DNA from: Gammaproteobacteria bacterium
GTDB lineage: Bacteria > Pseudomonadota > Gammaproteobacteria > Ga0077536
Assembly (NCBI GenBank): GCA_016874535.1
Contig: VGUA01000003.1
Location: 4,221 to 68,220, forward strand
Direction: 5' to 3'
DNA length: 64,000 bases
The position numbers were made by a program, and so were the translations under genes. Below the pieces are notes generated by a model, which was given only the letters and a program-made list of their open reading frames with translations, was not told the DNA's origin and made no database searches. Of this stretch, positions 16,254 to 25,387 are shown piece by piece; position 1 is the first letter of the stretch; the number at the start of each line of letters is the position of its first letter.

Positions 16254-17686
16254 GGGCGTACCTCCCGGCTGACGGGATCGGTACCCAGCGATCCCTTCAT
16301 CAACCATCCGGGGATGATAGCGGAAAACAGTCCCGCGTCTCCCCCGGCCCGCACCAGCACGAGACCGCCCTCACGGAATTTGGCGACGCGACCCTTGCCG
16401 CCCGACACCGGCACGGCATTCTTGTCCGTGCCCATGCCGAGATCCTGGCCTTCGAAGACCAGTGCTTCGTGCAATGCGCGGGTGGTCTGCTCCTTGGTCC
16501 AGCCAGCGATGTCGAACACGCGGCCGTGTTCAGGCCCAATCACCACCACCGCATCGGAGGCGTTGGCGAGATCCACATGCGCCACGGCGCGCAAGGATCC
16601 GGCAAGCGAGCGAATGAGTCCCGCCGGTTCACGCGACTTCTGGTCGACACAACCCATGGGGCCGTCCGCGCTGAACAGCGTGACGCAGGACTGCTCGCGC
16701 GCAAATCCGCGTGATTCACTCAGCGTGGTCCAGGGCGTGGCTTCGTCTTCCGCGAAACAGAAGCCGAATTTGACCGGCGTGCCGAAGGTGCTCATGTCGG
16801 CTTCCTGCGGCCGGCCGCCACCCACGTTGCGCACCAGAAGCTGCAAGGTGCGGCCGATCGTCGCATTGGCGCGATTGCCCTGGCCCAGCACATTGCCGCG
16901 CCAGTTCATGCCGATGCGCTGACGCACCGGACCGTTGACGATGATCATCGGCCCCGAGAACCAGGTGGTGGCGAGCAGGCCATGCAAGCAGAAAGCGGGG
17001 TCCAGCGCCGCCTCGACTGCGGCGAGCACCACGGGCATGTATTCCGGCTTGCAGCCGGCCATCACGGCGTTGATGGCCACCTTCTCCACTGTGCACGGCA
17101 CCAGATTGGGCGGCATCAGCCCGAGCACTTCATCCGGTGCCCGCGAGGTGCCCTGCAGCATGCGGTAGACGCGCGTTTCGGTGGGCGGAACCACCGGCAG
17201 GCCATCGCTCCAGCCGCGGTCGAAGCAAAGCTCTTCCGGATCTTCCAGCGGCGGCACCTCGATGCGGCGCGCGGCCATCTTCACCACACCGTGGCGCACG
17301 GCCAGCTGCTCGGCGATGCCGGGCTCGACCGAGCGAGAACCACAACCGGGGCGGTAATCCGGCAAGTCATTGCCAAGCGCGGGCATGCCGGAAAGTGCCT
17401 GCCACTCGCTCTTTTCCCAACCCACCGCGCGACCGGTTTCCTCGCCGTTCACGCGACGGATCAAGGTGGGCACGGTCTCCACGCCCAGCTGGAACGACCA
17501 GGCGAGTGCCGTGTCATCCACCACCTTGTGCACCTGCGAAAACGCAGGGTCGTCCTGCACATAGACGGTGAGCGCCACGCCGGCGCGTTCCAGCGCCACC
17601 AACACCGGGTCGACCAGCACGCAGGTGGGGCAATCTTTCTTGACGACGGCAACGAGGCCGTCCGGCAGGGCTTCTGGTGCGGACAT
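16250..17686 (-). CDS. thioredoxin-fold (CPTC) N-terminal domain fused to a ~370-aa domain of unknown function
   Basis: GGGAGA RBS then ATG 17686. MSAPEALPDGLVAVVKKDCPTCVLVDPVLVALE...VETVPTLI is thioredoxin-like. Then come DYRPGCGSRS and a conserved-looking ...DGLPVVPPT...VEKVAINAVMAGC...IVNGP...RANATIGR... body that I cannot assign. Confidence 0.8.
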   Translation of the reverse strand: MSAPEALPDGLVAVVKKDCPTCVLVDPVLVALERAGVALTVYVQDDPAFSQVHKVVDDTALAWSFQLGVETVPTLIRRVNGEETGRAVGWEKSEWQALSGMPALGNDLPDYRPGCGSRSVEPGIAEQLAVRHGVVKMAARRIEVPPLEDPEELCFDRGWSDGLPVVPPTETRVYRMLQGTSRAPDEVLGLMPPNLVPCTVEKVAINAVMAGCKPEYMPVVLAAVEAALDPAFCLHGLLATTWFSGPMIIVNGPVRQRIGMNWRGNVLGQGNRANATIGRTLQLLVRNVGGGRPQEADMSTFGTPVKFGFCFAEDEATPWTTLSESRGFAREQSCVTLFSADGPMGCVDQKSREPAGLIRSLAGSLRAVAHVDLANASDAVVVIGPEHGRVFDIAGWTKEQTTRALHEALVFEGQDLGMGTDKNAVPVSGGKGRVAKFREGGLVLVRAGGDAGLFSAIIPGWLMKGSLGTDPVSREVRP

Positions 17687-17846
17687 TGAGATCTCCCGAA
17701 GGGTCTGACTGGCAACAGGGAGCCCGAGTATAGGCCCATCGCAGTGCAACGCGGGTGGGAGGATTCCGGGTTTATCGTTCCCGCGGGTCCGCTATCATCG
17801 AGCCTGCTTTCATCACGTCCCACCAAGCCAAAGAGGTCGCACGCAC

Positions 17847-18641
17847 ATGCCACACGTCAACCGCCAGGGCGTCAACGTCTACTACGAATCCTTCGGCCAG
17901 GGCCTGCCCATCGTGTTCCTGCATCCCTGGACTACCAATCGCTATATCTGGTCCAACCAGTTGTTCGAATTCGCGCGCGACCATCGCTGCCTGGTGGTGG
18001 ATCACCGCGGCCATGGCCTGTCCGACAAGCCAGCGAGCGGCTACGCCATTCAGGAAATGGCGGCGGATGTGGCCGCGATCCTCGACCATGCCGGCATTGA
18101 TCGCGCAGTGCTCGTCGGCAATTCCATCGGCGGCATGATTGCGATGCAGACCAGTCTCGACACGCCACAGCGCGTGCTCGGCAATCTCATCTTGAGCAGC
18201 GCCACCAACATGGCAGCCGGCATGGATCCCGCCGCTGCGGAGGCCATGCAGAAGGATTGGCGCGGACTGTTCAGCGCGCTGTTGCAAGGGACGGTATCCG
18301 CCAAATCCAAGCAGGACCGCGCCGAGATCCTGCATTACATGGAAGGCTGCTTCCGCAATCCGGACAACTTCACCGAGCAGGTTTTCTTTGCCAGTGCCGT
18401 GGATCCGAATGGCGTGTTCAACTGGAACATCTCGGATCGCCTCAAGCACATCACCCAGCCCACGCTCATCATCGCCGGCAAGGAAGATTTTGCGACGACG
18501 CTGGCGCACAACCAGTTTCTGGCGGATGGCATCCCCGGCTCGACGTTGAAGATCTACGATGATGTGGGCCACTTCTGCCAGTTGGAGAAGCCGATGGTGT
18601 TCAACGCGGATCTGCGCGGCTTCCTCAAGCAGTTCCACTGA
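17847..18641 (+). CDS. alpha/beta-fold hydrolase
   Basis: VFLHPW..., HRGHGLSD, nucleophile elbow GNSIGG, C-terminal DDVGHF; 264 aa. Confidence 0.9.
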   Translation: MPHVNRQGVNVYYESFGQGLPIVFLHPWTTNRYIWSNQLFEFARDHRCLVVDHRGHGLSDKPASGYAIQEMAADVAAILDHAGIDRAVLVGNSIGGMIAMQTSLDTPQRVLGNLILSSATNMAAGMDPAAAEAMQKDWRGLFSALLQGTVSAKSKQDRAEILHYMEGCFRNPDNFTEQVFFASAVDPNGVFNWNISDRLKHITQPTLIIAGKEDFATTLAHNQFLADGIPGSTLKIYDDVGHFCQLEKPMVFNADLRGFLKQFH

Positions 18642-18670
18642 TCGCGTCCCGCACGGGCGGGCGGTGCCCG

Positions 18671-20593
18671 GTGCACCGTCTGCCCGATTGCCTCGAGAGC
18701 ATTCCCCTGCATCGACTCCTCAAAAGCGTCCGCTTCTGGTGGCCGCTCCCGACGGTCTTGTTCGCCTTGTGTGTTGCAACGGCTGCACAGGCTGGCGAGC
18801 CCTACGCCGCGGTTCTCATCCTGCAATCGGATGAGGCTTCCATCGCTGACCGCCTGGCGCACATCAAGAGTTCCACCAAGTCATTGCAGGCGCGCAGACA
18901 GGCCATCTGCCTGCTGAGACACGAGACCTTTACCAAGCGCGCGACCAAAGAAAGAACGCGTTTGCTGGAGGCTGTGCCGCCTGCACTGGCGACAGAGATC
19001 CGCTTCGAACCCTTGCCGGTGCTGAACGCCTGGCTCGTCTTCCTGCCGCCGTCCTCGGCAGAGCAGGCGCTGCCGGCATGGCGGGCGGTGCTCGAGCGCA
19101 CGGGCGCTGCGCTCTACCGGTTGGGTGACGTCAGTGATGACACCCTGCTTTCGGCAGCGACGCCAGGCGATCACGCAAGCTGCGCACGCGAGCTCACGGC
19201 TGAATCACGCGGGAACAAGGGCAGCGTGCTCGGCATCATCGATACCCGGCCCGACATCACCCATCCCATGCTGCAAACCGGGCTCGGTGAGATTTATCTG
19301 GAGAATGAAGACACCGCACCCGGCAAGGTGAGCACTGCCCACGGCACGGCAATGCTCGGCCTCTATGCGCAGGCGGCGCAAGGTCGAAGCCTGAGCAGCC
19401 AAGGGCATCCCTTGCGTGCAAGCGTGGCCGCACCTGCCCCCATCAAGGCGACCGTGGCTGCCGTGGCCGGCCCCGAGACACCGGAAGGACAGGCGCGGTT
19501 TGTCCATGCCTTGCACTGGCTGCTGTCGGCAGAAGATGGCCGCCCGTTTCCTGATCTCTTGAATTACAGCCAAGGCAACGGTTTGCTCTGCATCGAGGAG
19601 ACGGATGCGGGGTGCCAGGAAGACGGTGGCACGGGAATCACGCACCTGCTCGATCGCGCCATCGATGACTACGCGTTGGTGGCGGTGAAATCCGCCGGCA
19701 ACAAACATTGGGGCAGGACGCACACCATGACCGCGCCCGGCGCCACCTGGAACGGCCTCACGGTGGGCAACATGCATCCCTTCGACTGGCAGCGTTGCGG
19801 GCCGGGAGGGTCGCGCCGCCAGCACAAGATTTATCGCACCAGCAGTGTTGGCAGCGCGCGGCCGCGCCTGATCGATCTGGTGGCGCCCGGCGTACGCCTC
19901 GATACGGCGGCACCGGGTAATCAACCGATGTTGAGCACCGGCACCAGCCCGGCTGCTGCCGTGGTTGGCGTGGCCGCGTTGCGCCTGATGGGCACGGGCC
20001 TGCGTGACCCTTTGCGCATCAAGGCGGTGCTGATCAATTCCGCGGAGACGTGGACGAGTTCGGGTGCGCCGTCACCGGCCGCACGCGGTCACAGCGCGCC
20101 CTGCGGCACGGACACTCATGCCCCCAAACACGGACCTTACGCTTACGGCGCGCGGCATGATCGCAGCTATGGCTGGGGTTATCTCAACGAAAAGCGCGCA
20201 CTCGGTGAAGCGCGGCACGCGCGCAGTGCCAGCCTCTTCCCCGGCGAGCGCCTCTGCTATGCCGTGCAGGCCAAGGCTCACGACAAATTCACGCTCGCCT
20301 GGATGCGCACGCCGGATTCACCCGCACTCGCGCTAAAGCTCGTGGAAGCTGAAGGTGCTTTCGCGTTGATCGACGAGGATGCGGACCCTGCGGAAAACCT
20401 GCTGCAGGTCTCGAATGGGCGCGGAGCGGGTTCACCTGCCCGTGAAGGCAAACGCCTGCTCGTGGTCAGCAGCGCCGCCACGCCGACTGCAGCTACACGC
20501 GGCACGGATCTCGCTCAACCCTTTGCACTGGCGAGTGCACGGCCTCTGGTGCCACTTGAGAAGTGTCCGCACGAGTTGCCGGCTGCGCCCTGA
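18671..20593 (+). CDS. secreted S8 (subtilisin-like) serine peptidase
   Basis: Signal-like WWPLPTVLFALCVATAAQA. Catalytic triad contexts GIIDTRPD (Asp), STAHGTAMLG (His), STGTSPAAAVVG (Ser). The GTG start at 18671 is uncertain. Confidence 0.8.
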   Translation: MHRLPDCLESIPLHRLLKSVRFWWPLPTVLFALCVATAAQAGEPYAAVLILQSDEASIADRLAHIKSSTKSLQARRQAICLLRHETFTKRATKERTRLLEAVPPALATEIRFEPLPVLNAWLVFLPPSSAEQALPAWRAVLERTGAALYRLGDVSDDTLLSAATPGDHASCARELTAESRGNKGSVLGIIDTRPDITHPMLQTGLGEIYLENEDTAPGKVSTAHGTAMLGLYAQAAQGRSLSSQGHPLRASVAAPAPIKATVAAVAGPETPEGQARFVHALHWLLSAEDGRPFPDLLNYSQGNGLLCIEETDAGCQEDGGTGITHLLDRAIDDYALVAVKSAGNKHWGRTHTMTAPGATWNGLTVGNMHPFDWQRCGPGGSRRQHKIYRTSSVGSARPRLIDLVAPGVRLDTAAPGNQPMLSTGTSPAAAVVGVAALRLMGTGLRDPLRIKAVLINSAETWTSSGAPSPAARGHSAPCGTDTHAPKHGPYAYGARHDRSYGWGYLNEKRALGEARHARSASLFPGERLCYAVQAKAHDKFTLAWMRTPDSPALALKLVEAEGAFALIDEDADPAENLLQVSNGRGAGSPAREGKRLLVVSSAATPTAATRGTDLAQPFALASARPLVPLEKCPHELPAAP

Positions 20594-20608
20594 ACGGGCG
20601 CGCGAGCG

Positions 20609-21502
20609 TCAGCGGAGCTTGTTGATTTCCGTCAGGCTGTAAGTGGTCGCGAAAGGTGCATGCAGGGGGATACCCCAGGCTGCGGCAAGGGAGGCGAGCT
20701 CCCCTGTGCGCGCGAGTTCGCCCGAAGCCAGATCCACTTCCACCCGCAAGGCTTCATCCTTGCCACGCGTGGCCGCATGGAGATTCCACGCCAGCGCTGC
20801 CGGAGGTTCATAGCCATCCGCGATGGAGAGTGTCGAGGACGGAGTCTGCTTTAGTGCCCAGCCTGCCGCGGGACCCCACAGCAATGCCGCCTCAGCCTCA
20901 CCGCTGGTCACACCGTCCAAGGCTTCCTGCGCGGAGAAAAAAGTGCGCTGCTTGCCCTGCAGGATGGCGATGGCGAAGCTCGCAACCGTCTGCGCCTGAA
21001 TCGCCACCGGCTTGGTGCGCAGCGCCTTGAGCTGGCCCGAGGTGCCAGCTGGACCAATGAGTTCGAAGGCCGCACCGTAATACGGCTGGCCTAATGCGAG
21101 CGAGGGGGCTTTCTTCAGCGTGTCGCGCGCCGGCCCCGGCATGCTGAGCAGCAGATCGCACTCGTCCTTCGCGAGCCTGCGCAGGGGGTAATCGCTCTCG
21201 TCGATTTCCTGCAGGCGGCCCTCGCCATTGTCTGTCCAGACAATCTCGAGTGTCTTGCCGAGACGCTTGGCGAGTGCTTGCGCCACCGCCACATCAAAAC
21301 CCCGCGCACCCTCGCGTGCGCTGTAGGGCAGGCTGTTCGACAAAGCACAGAGTCGCAGGACATCCTGCGCGGCATCCTGTGCCGCCGCCGGTGCCGCTTG
21401 CGCGCGATCGCCACCGGTGGCAAGTGCCGCGGTGGCGAAGCAGCCGAAGAGTCCGGCGGTGAACAGGGAGGCGCCCACGCGCCGGACAAATCGCTTGATC
21501 AC
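20609..21502 (-). CDS. quinoprotein-dehydrogenase-associated periplasmic substrate-binding protein (MoxJ-like)
   Basis: Signal peptide, then LRLCALSNSLPYSAREGARGFDVAVAQALAKRLGKTLEIVW, typical of MoxJ/type-2 SBPs. The start overlaps the stop of the PQQ dehydrogenase. Confidence 0.7.
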   Translation of the reverse strand: MIKRFVRRVGASLFTAGLFGCFATAALATGGDRAQAAPAAAQDAAQDVLRLCALSNSLPYSAREGARGFDVAVAQALAKRLGKTLEIVWTDNGEGRLQEIDESDYPLRRLAKDECDLLLSMPGPARDTLKKAPSLALGQPYYGAAFELIGPAGTSGQLKALRTKPVAIQAQTVASFAIAILQGKQRTFFSAQEALDGVTSGEAEAALLWGPAAGWALKQTPSSTLSIADGYEPPAALAWNLHAATRGKDEALRVEVDLASGELARTGELASLAAAWGIPLHAPFATTYSLTEINKLR

Positions 21503-23178
21503 GGCAGGGCAAACACCACCAGCGCGCTGCCCTTGGTCACGTTGGGATTCTCACCCACGATGGCCACTGCAATGCCGCCACCCCCGCTGGGCACCGCGAC
21601 ATACTGCTTGTCGCCCTGTTTCCATGTGGTCGGCTGGCCGCGCACCATGGAGCCGGTCTGGAAGCGCCAGAGCTCCTTGCCGGAGGTGGCATCGAAGGCC
21701 AGCGCATGGCCTTCCTGGTTGCCGGTGAACACCACGCCACCCGCAGTGGCGAGCGTGCCACCCACCATCGGCCACTTGTCCTTGTAGCGCCAGGCAATCT
21801 TGCCGGTGGCGGCATCAATCGCGGAGAGATGGCCGTAAGCCGAGCCGTCTTCACCCTGCATCACGCCCGGGCCGCCGCCCCAGAAGGGCGTGCCATTCAC
21901 GAACACCGCTTCCTGCTTCTCCATCTTGCCGCAGCTCTCCACCACGGGCACATATAGCAGCTTGGTGTCCGGGCTGTAGGCCGCGGTATAGGAACCATTC
22001 TGGCCGCCCACGTTGCCGGGACAGATGAATTCCTTGCTGCCGCCGGGCACCGGTACGTAGGCGGGATCGAAAATCGGCCGCCCGTTGGCATCGAGACCCT
22101 TGGCCCAGTTGAGAGTATCGGTGTACTGGGTGCCACGCAGGAACTTGCCGGTCTCGGCATCGTTCACATAGAGGTAACCGTTGCGGTTCGGCTGCACGAT
22201 GGCCTTGCCCTGCTTGCCGCCGAGATCCGTTTCCACCAGGAAGATCCCTGTGGTGGCGTCATAGTCCCATACGTCGTGCGGCGTGTACTGGAAGTACCAC
22301 TTCATGTCACCGGTGTCGGGATCGAGCGCCAGCACCGAGTTGGTGTAGAGGTTGTCGCCTTCGCGTGTGTCGCCATTCCAGTCCGGGGAGGGATTGCCTA
22401 CCGTCCAGTACAGCAGGCGCTTGTCCTGATCATAGGTGCCGGTCACCCAGGCAGGACCACCACCTGTCTTGTAGGAATCTCCGGCCCAGGTTTCCGTGCC
22501 CGGCTCGCCCTTGGCCGGCACGGTCCAGCGGCGCCATTTGCGCTCACCGGTGGCCGCATCATAGGCATCGACGAAACCGCGCGCGCCATACTCGCCGCCG
22601 GCATTTCCGATGATGACCTTGTCGTCGATGATGAGCGGGGCCGAGGTGGAGCTGTAGCCGTCCTCGAACTTGGCCATCTCCACATTCCACAGCACATTGC
22701 CGGTGGCGCGATCAAAGGCCATGAGACGCGCATCCAGGGTGCCCATGAAGATGCGGTCGCCGAGGATGGCGACACCGCGATTGGCGGGACCGCAGCAGAT
22801 CTGGATGTTGCCGGGCACCTGATGCTCGTAATACCAGAGCATCTCGCCGGTGGCGGCATCGAGGGCGTAAAGATTGTTGTAGGCCGCGGTGACATACATC
22901 ACCCCATCCACCACCACGGGGGCGGCTTCGAACTGACCCACGATGCCGGGCTGGAAGATCCACGCGGGCCGCAGCTTGCCGACGTTGTCGCGATTGATAT
23001 CGGTGAGCGGGCTGTAACGCCAGTTGGCGTAGTTGCCGCCGTACATGAGCCACTTGGAGGTGTCTTGAGTGCCCTTGTCGAGGTCGGCCTGGGTCACTGG
23101 GCGCAGCGCGTCCGCCGCATGAACGCCCGTTGCCTGCATGGCCAGCGCGAGCGCGGCCCACTTCATTTTCAGTCGCAT
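21499..23178 (-). CDS. PQQ-dependent dehydrogenase, methanol/ethanol family, with lanthanide-type DYD signature
   Basis: GGGAGA RBS then ATG 23178 and a signal peptide. Vicinal Cys ICCGPANRG, GEYGARGFV, WTVGNPSPDWNG, HDVWDYDATTG; 559 aa. Confidence 0.9.
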   Translation of the reverse strand: MRLKMKWAALALAMQATGVHAADALRPVTQADLDKGTQDTSKWLMYGGNYANWRYSPLTDINRDNVGKLRPAWIFQPGIVGQFEAAPVVVDGVMYVTAAYNNLYALDAATGEMLWYYEHQVPGNIQICCGPANRGVAILGDRIFMGTLDARLMAFDRATGNVLWNVEMAKFEDGYSSTSAPLIIDDKVIIGNAGGEYGARGFVDAYDAATGERKWRRWTVPAKGEPGTETWAGDSYKTGGGPAWVTGTYDQDKRLLYWTVGNPSPDWNGDTREGDNLYTNSVLALDPDTGDMKWYFQYTPHDVWDYDATTGIFLVETDLGGKQGKAIVQPNRNGYLYVNDAETGKFLRGTQYTDTLNWAKGLDANGRPIFDPAYVPVPGGSKEFICPGNVGGQNGSYTAAYSPDTKLLYVPVVESCGKMEKQEAVFVNGTPFWGGGPGVMQGEDGSAYGHLSAIDAATGKIAWRYKDKWPMVGGTLATAGGVVFTGNQEGHALAFDATSGKELWRFQTGSMVRGQPTTWKQGDKQYVAVPSGGGGIAVAIVGENPNVTKGSALVVFALP

Positions 23179-23277
23179 GGAATCTCCCGGAAAAGTCTGG
23201 TCCCAACCGTGGTCGGGCAGTGTAAGGCCTGCCGGGGCCGCGTAACAGTCGCCACCCCGACCGGTTCGTGAGCGCAC

Positions 23278-24066
23278 TCAACGCTTGGCGATATTCTCCG
23301 CCGCGAAGTGGTCCGGCCAGTGGTCGGCCGCGGCCAGCCCTTCAAGGGCAAGCCCGTAGGGCAGCTGGGCCAGCATCTGCTGCTTCAGCTGCATCAGCAT
23401 GGTTTCGCGGGTGAGCCGGGTGGTGAGCTCCGGCCGCCGGCGAATCTGCCGCGCCAGTTCCCACGCCCGCGGCAGCAAGGCCTGCTGTGGCATCACTTCG
23501 TTCACCACCCCGAGTGCCAGAGCCTCCTGCGCCGAAATCTCCTGGCCGGTCATGAGGAAGTAGCGTGCGCGATTGAGCCCGAGCAGGGCCTGCCATACCA
23601 CGTGCACGCCATCGCCGGGCACCAGCCCGCTGGGATAATGCGGCGCATCGCGGAATACCGCGTGGTCGGCTGCAAGCGTGATATCGCACAGCAGGCCGAG
23701 CTCGGCATGCACCGTCGCAGGGCCATTGATGGCTGCGATCATCGGTGCCTGAATCTCCAGCAGATTCATGAGCAGACGCTTGGCATCGGGCAGCACATGC
23801 TCGCCCCAGATCTTGGCGTCCGGCTTGCCCCCGCCTAGATCTTCCTTGTGGATGAAGGTGCTGCCGGCGCCCGTGTAGATGATGACCTTGTTCTCGGGGT
23901 CGTTCGCGATATCCGCGAACATATAGCCCATCTCCTGATGGGGCACGAAGCCCCACACCAGATCGCTGCCGCCGGTCTGCATGGTGACCTGCAGGATGCC
24001 GTCTTCGCGATGGAAGCTGACGTGGTCGTATTTGCGGGCGTATTCGTCGAGTGTCGGGATCTTCAT
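23278..24066 (-). CDS. enoyl-CoA hydratase/isomerase (crotonase) family protein
   Basis: 262 aa: ...[21 protein letters not shown]..., ...[11 protein letters not shown]... Confidence 0.85.
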   Translation of the reverse strand: MKIPTLDEYARKYDHVSFHREDGILQVTMQTGGSDLVWGFVPHQEMGYMFADIANDPENKVIIYTGAGSTFIHKEDLGGGKPDAKIWGEHVLPDAKRLLMNLLEIQAPMIAAINGPATVHAELGLLCDITLAADHAVFRDAPHYPSGLVPGDGVHVVWQALLGLNRARYFLMTGQEISAQEALALGVVNEVMPQQALLPRAWELARQIRRRPELTTRLTRETMLMQLKQQMLAQLPYGLALEGLAAADHWPDHFAAENIAKR

Positions 24067-24095
24067 GGGTGGGCTCCGTAATCAGTCAGAGGTCT

Positions 24096-25253
24096 TCAAG
24101 CAGCGGGCGGCGGCGCCACCTTGTACAGGGTGCGGGCGTTGTCCCAGAGGATCTTGCGCCGCGCCTCGGCATCGCAGTCGGCGAGGCCACCCTCGATGCG
24201 GCGCGCGATTTCATCGCCATACAGTGAGGTGGGATGGGGGAAATCGGTTTCAAACAGGATGTTGTTCGTGCCCACCTTGTCGAGCAAGCGGCGCGGCGCA
24301 GTCTGCTCGAACCAGTAGCAGGCATAGACGTTGCGCGCGAAATATTCGGACGGCAGCCGATCAAACTCCGGCCGATCATCAGCGACTCGGTTGCCCTCGA
24401 ACTGGTAGTCCATTGCCTCCAGCACGAAGGGGATCCAGCCGATGCCGCTCTCCACGGACACGAAGCGGATGGTGGGATAACGCGCAAGCACGCCACTCAT
24501 GAGCAGGTCGCACAGCTGGCGGCCGTTGTTCATGAACAGATCCACCGACAATTCCGCAAACGCCGCCATGCGGCCGTATTCCTGCAACTTGTCGCGTCGC
24601 AGGCCGCCCTCCATGTTGCCGGATCCGATGTGGAAGCTGATGGGCAGATCGAGCTCGACCGCCGCTTCCCACAAGGGATCCCAATGCCGGCTGCCGAGAA
24701 TGGGCTGGCCGAAGGATTGCGGTTCGCCGGTGAAGAGAATGCCGCGATGGCCCATGGCCTTGCAGCGGTGGATTTCCTTCACGGCGGCGGGCACGTCCCA
24801 GAAGGGCGTGGAGGTGATGGGTAACAAACGCTCCGGATCGGCAGACGCCCACTCGGTCTGCCAGTCGTTGTAAGCCTGCACGCAGGCGAGCATGAGATCC
24901 GGATCGCCCAGCTTCAGGAATTCCTGCGCGCCGAAGCCCCCCACGTTGGGATACAGCACCATGGCCCAGATGCCGTGGGCATCCATGTATTTCAGGCGTT
25001 CCTTTGCATCGAAGGCACCGGGATGCATCTCGGCATAGTTGCGCGGGGGATGCTTGAAATCCCCGACGCCGGCCGTGGCGGTGAGTCCCAGGGGGATCAG
25101 TCGATCCTTGCCCAGCCACCACCATTGCCTGCCGCGCGCGTCCGTTTCCACCCGTGGTACGGATTCGCGCATGTGCGCGGGAACCCGCGCCGTCCACAGA
25201 TCCGGCACCTCGGTGACGTGGGTGTCGACATCGATGATCGAGTACTGCGGCAT
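24096..25253 (-). CDS. amidohydrolase-2 family (ACMSD-like) metal-dependent hydrolase/decarboxylase
   Basis: MPQYSIIDVDTHV...AMVLYPNVGGFG...ISFHIGSG...LFETDFPHP. Start chosen at 25253. Confidence 0.85.
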   Translation of the reverse strand: MPQYSIIDVDTHVTEVPDLWTARVPAHMRESVPRVETDARGRQWWWLGKDRLIPLGLTATAGVGDFKHPPRNYAEMHPGAFDAKERLKYMDAHGIWAMVLYPNVGGFGAQEFLKLGDPDLMLACVQAYNDWQTEWASADPERLLPITSTPFWDVPAAVKEIHRCKAMGHRGILFTGEPQSFGQPILGSRHWDPLWEAAVELDLPISFHIGSGNMEGGLRRDKLQEYGRMAAFAELSVDLFMNNGRQLCDLLMSGVLARYPTIRFVSVESGIGWIPFVLEAMDYQFEGNRVADDRPEFDRLPSEYFARNVYACYWFEQTAPRRLLDKVGTNNILFETDFPHPTSLYGDEIARRIEGGLADCDAEARRKILWDNARTLYKVAPPPAA

Positions 25254-25387
25254 GAAGGACTCCTCGCATCCGGGTGGCTGGACCATAAACCAAAGGCAGG
25301 CAGGGCGGAATCGGGATCATTCCCGCTGATTGGCCGCCGGGGGCAGAGTTGTTACGCTCGAAGCCTGCCCAGCGGAGGAATGCGGCA

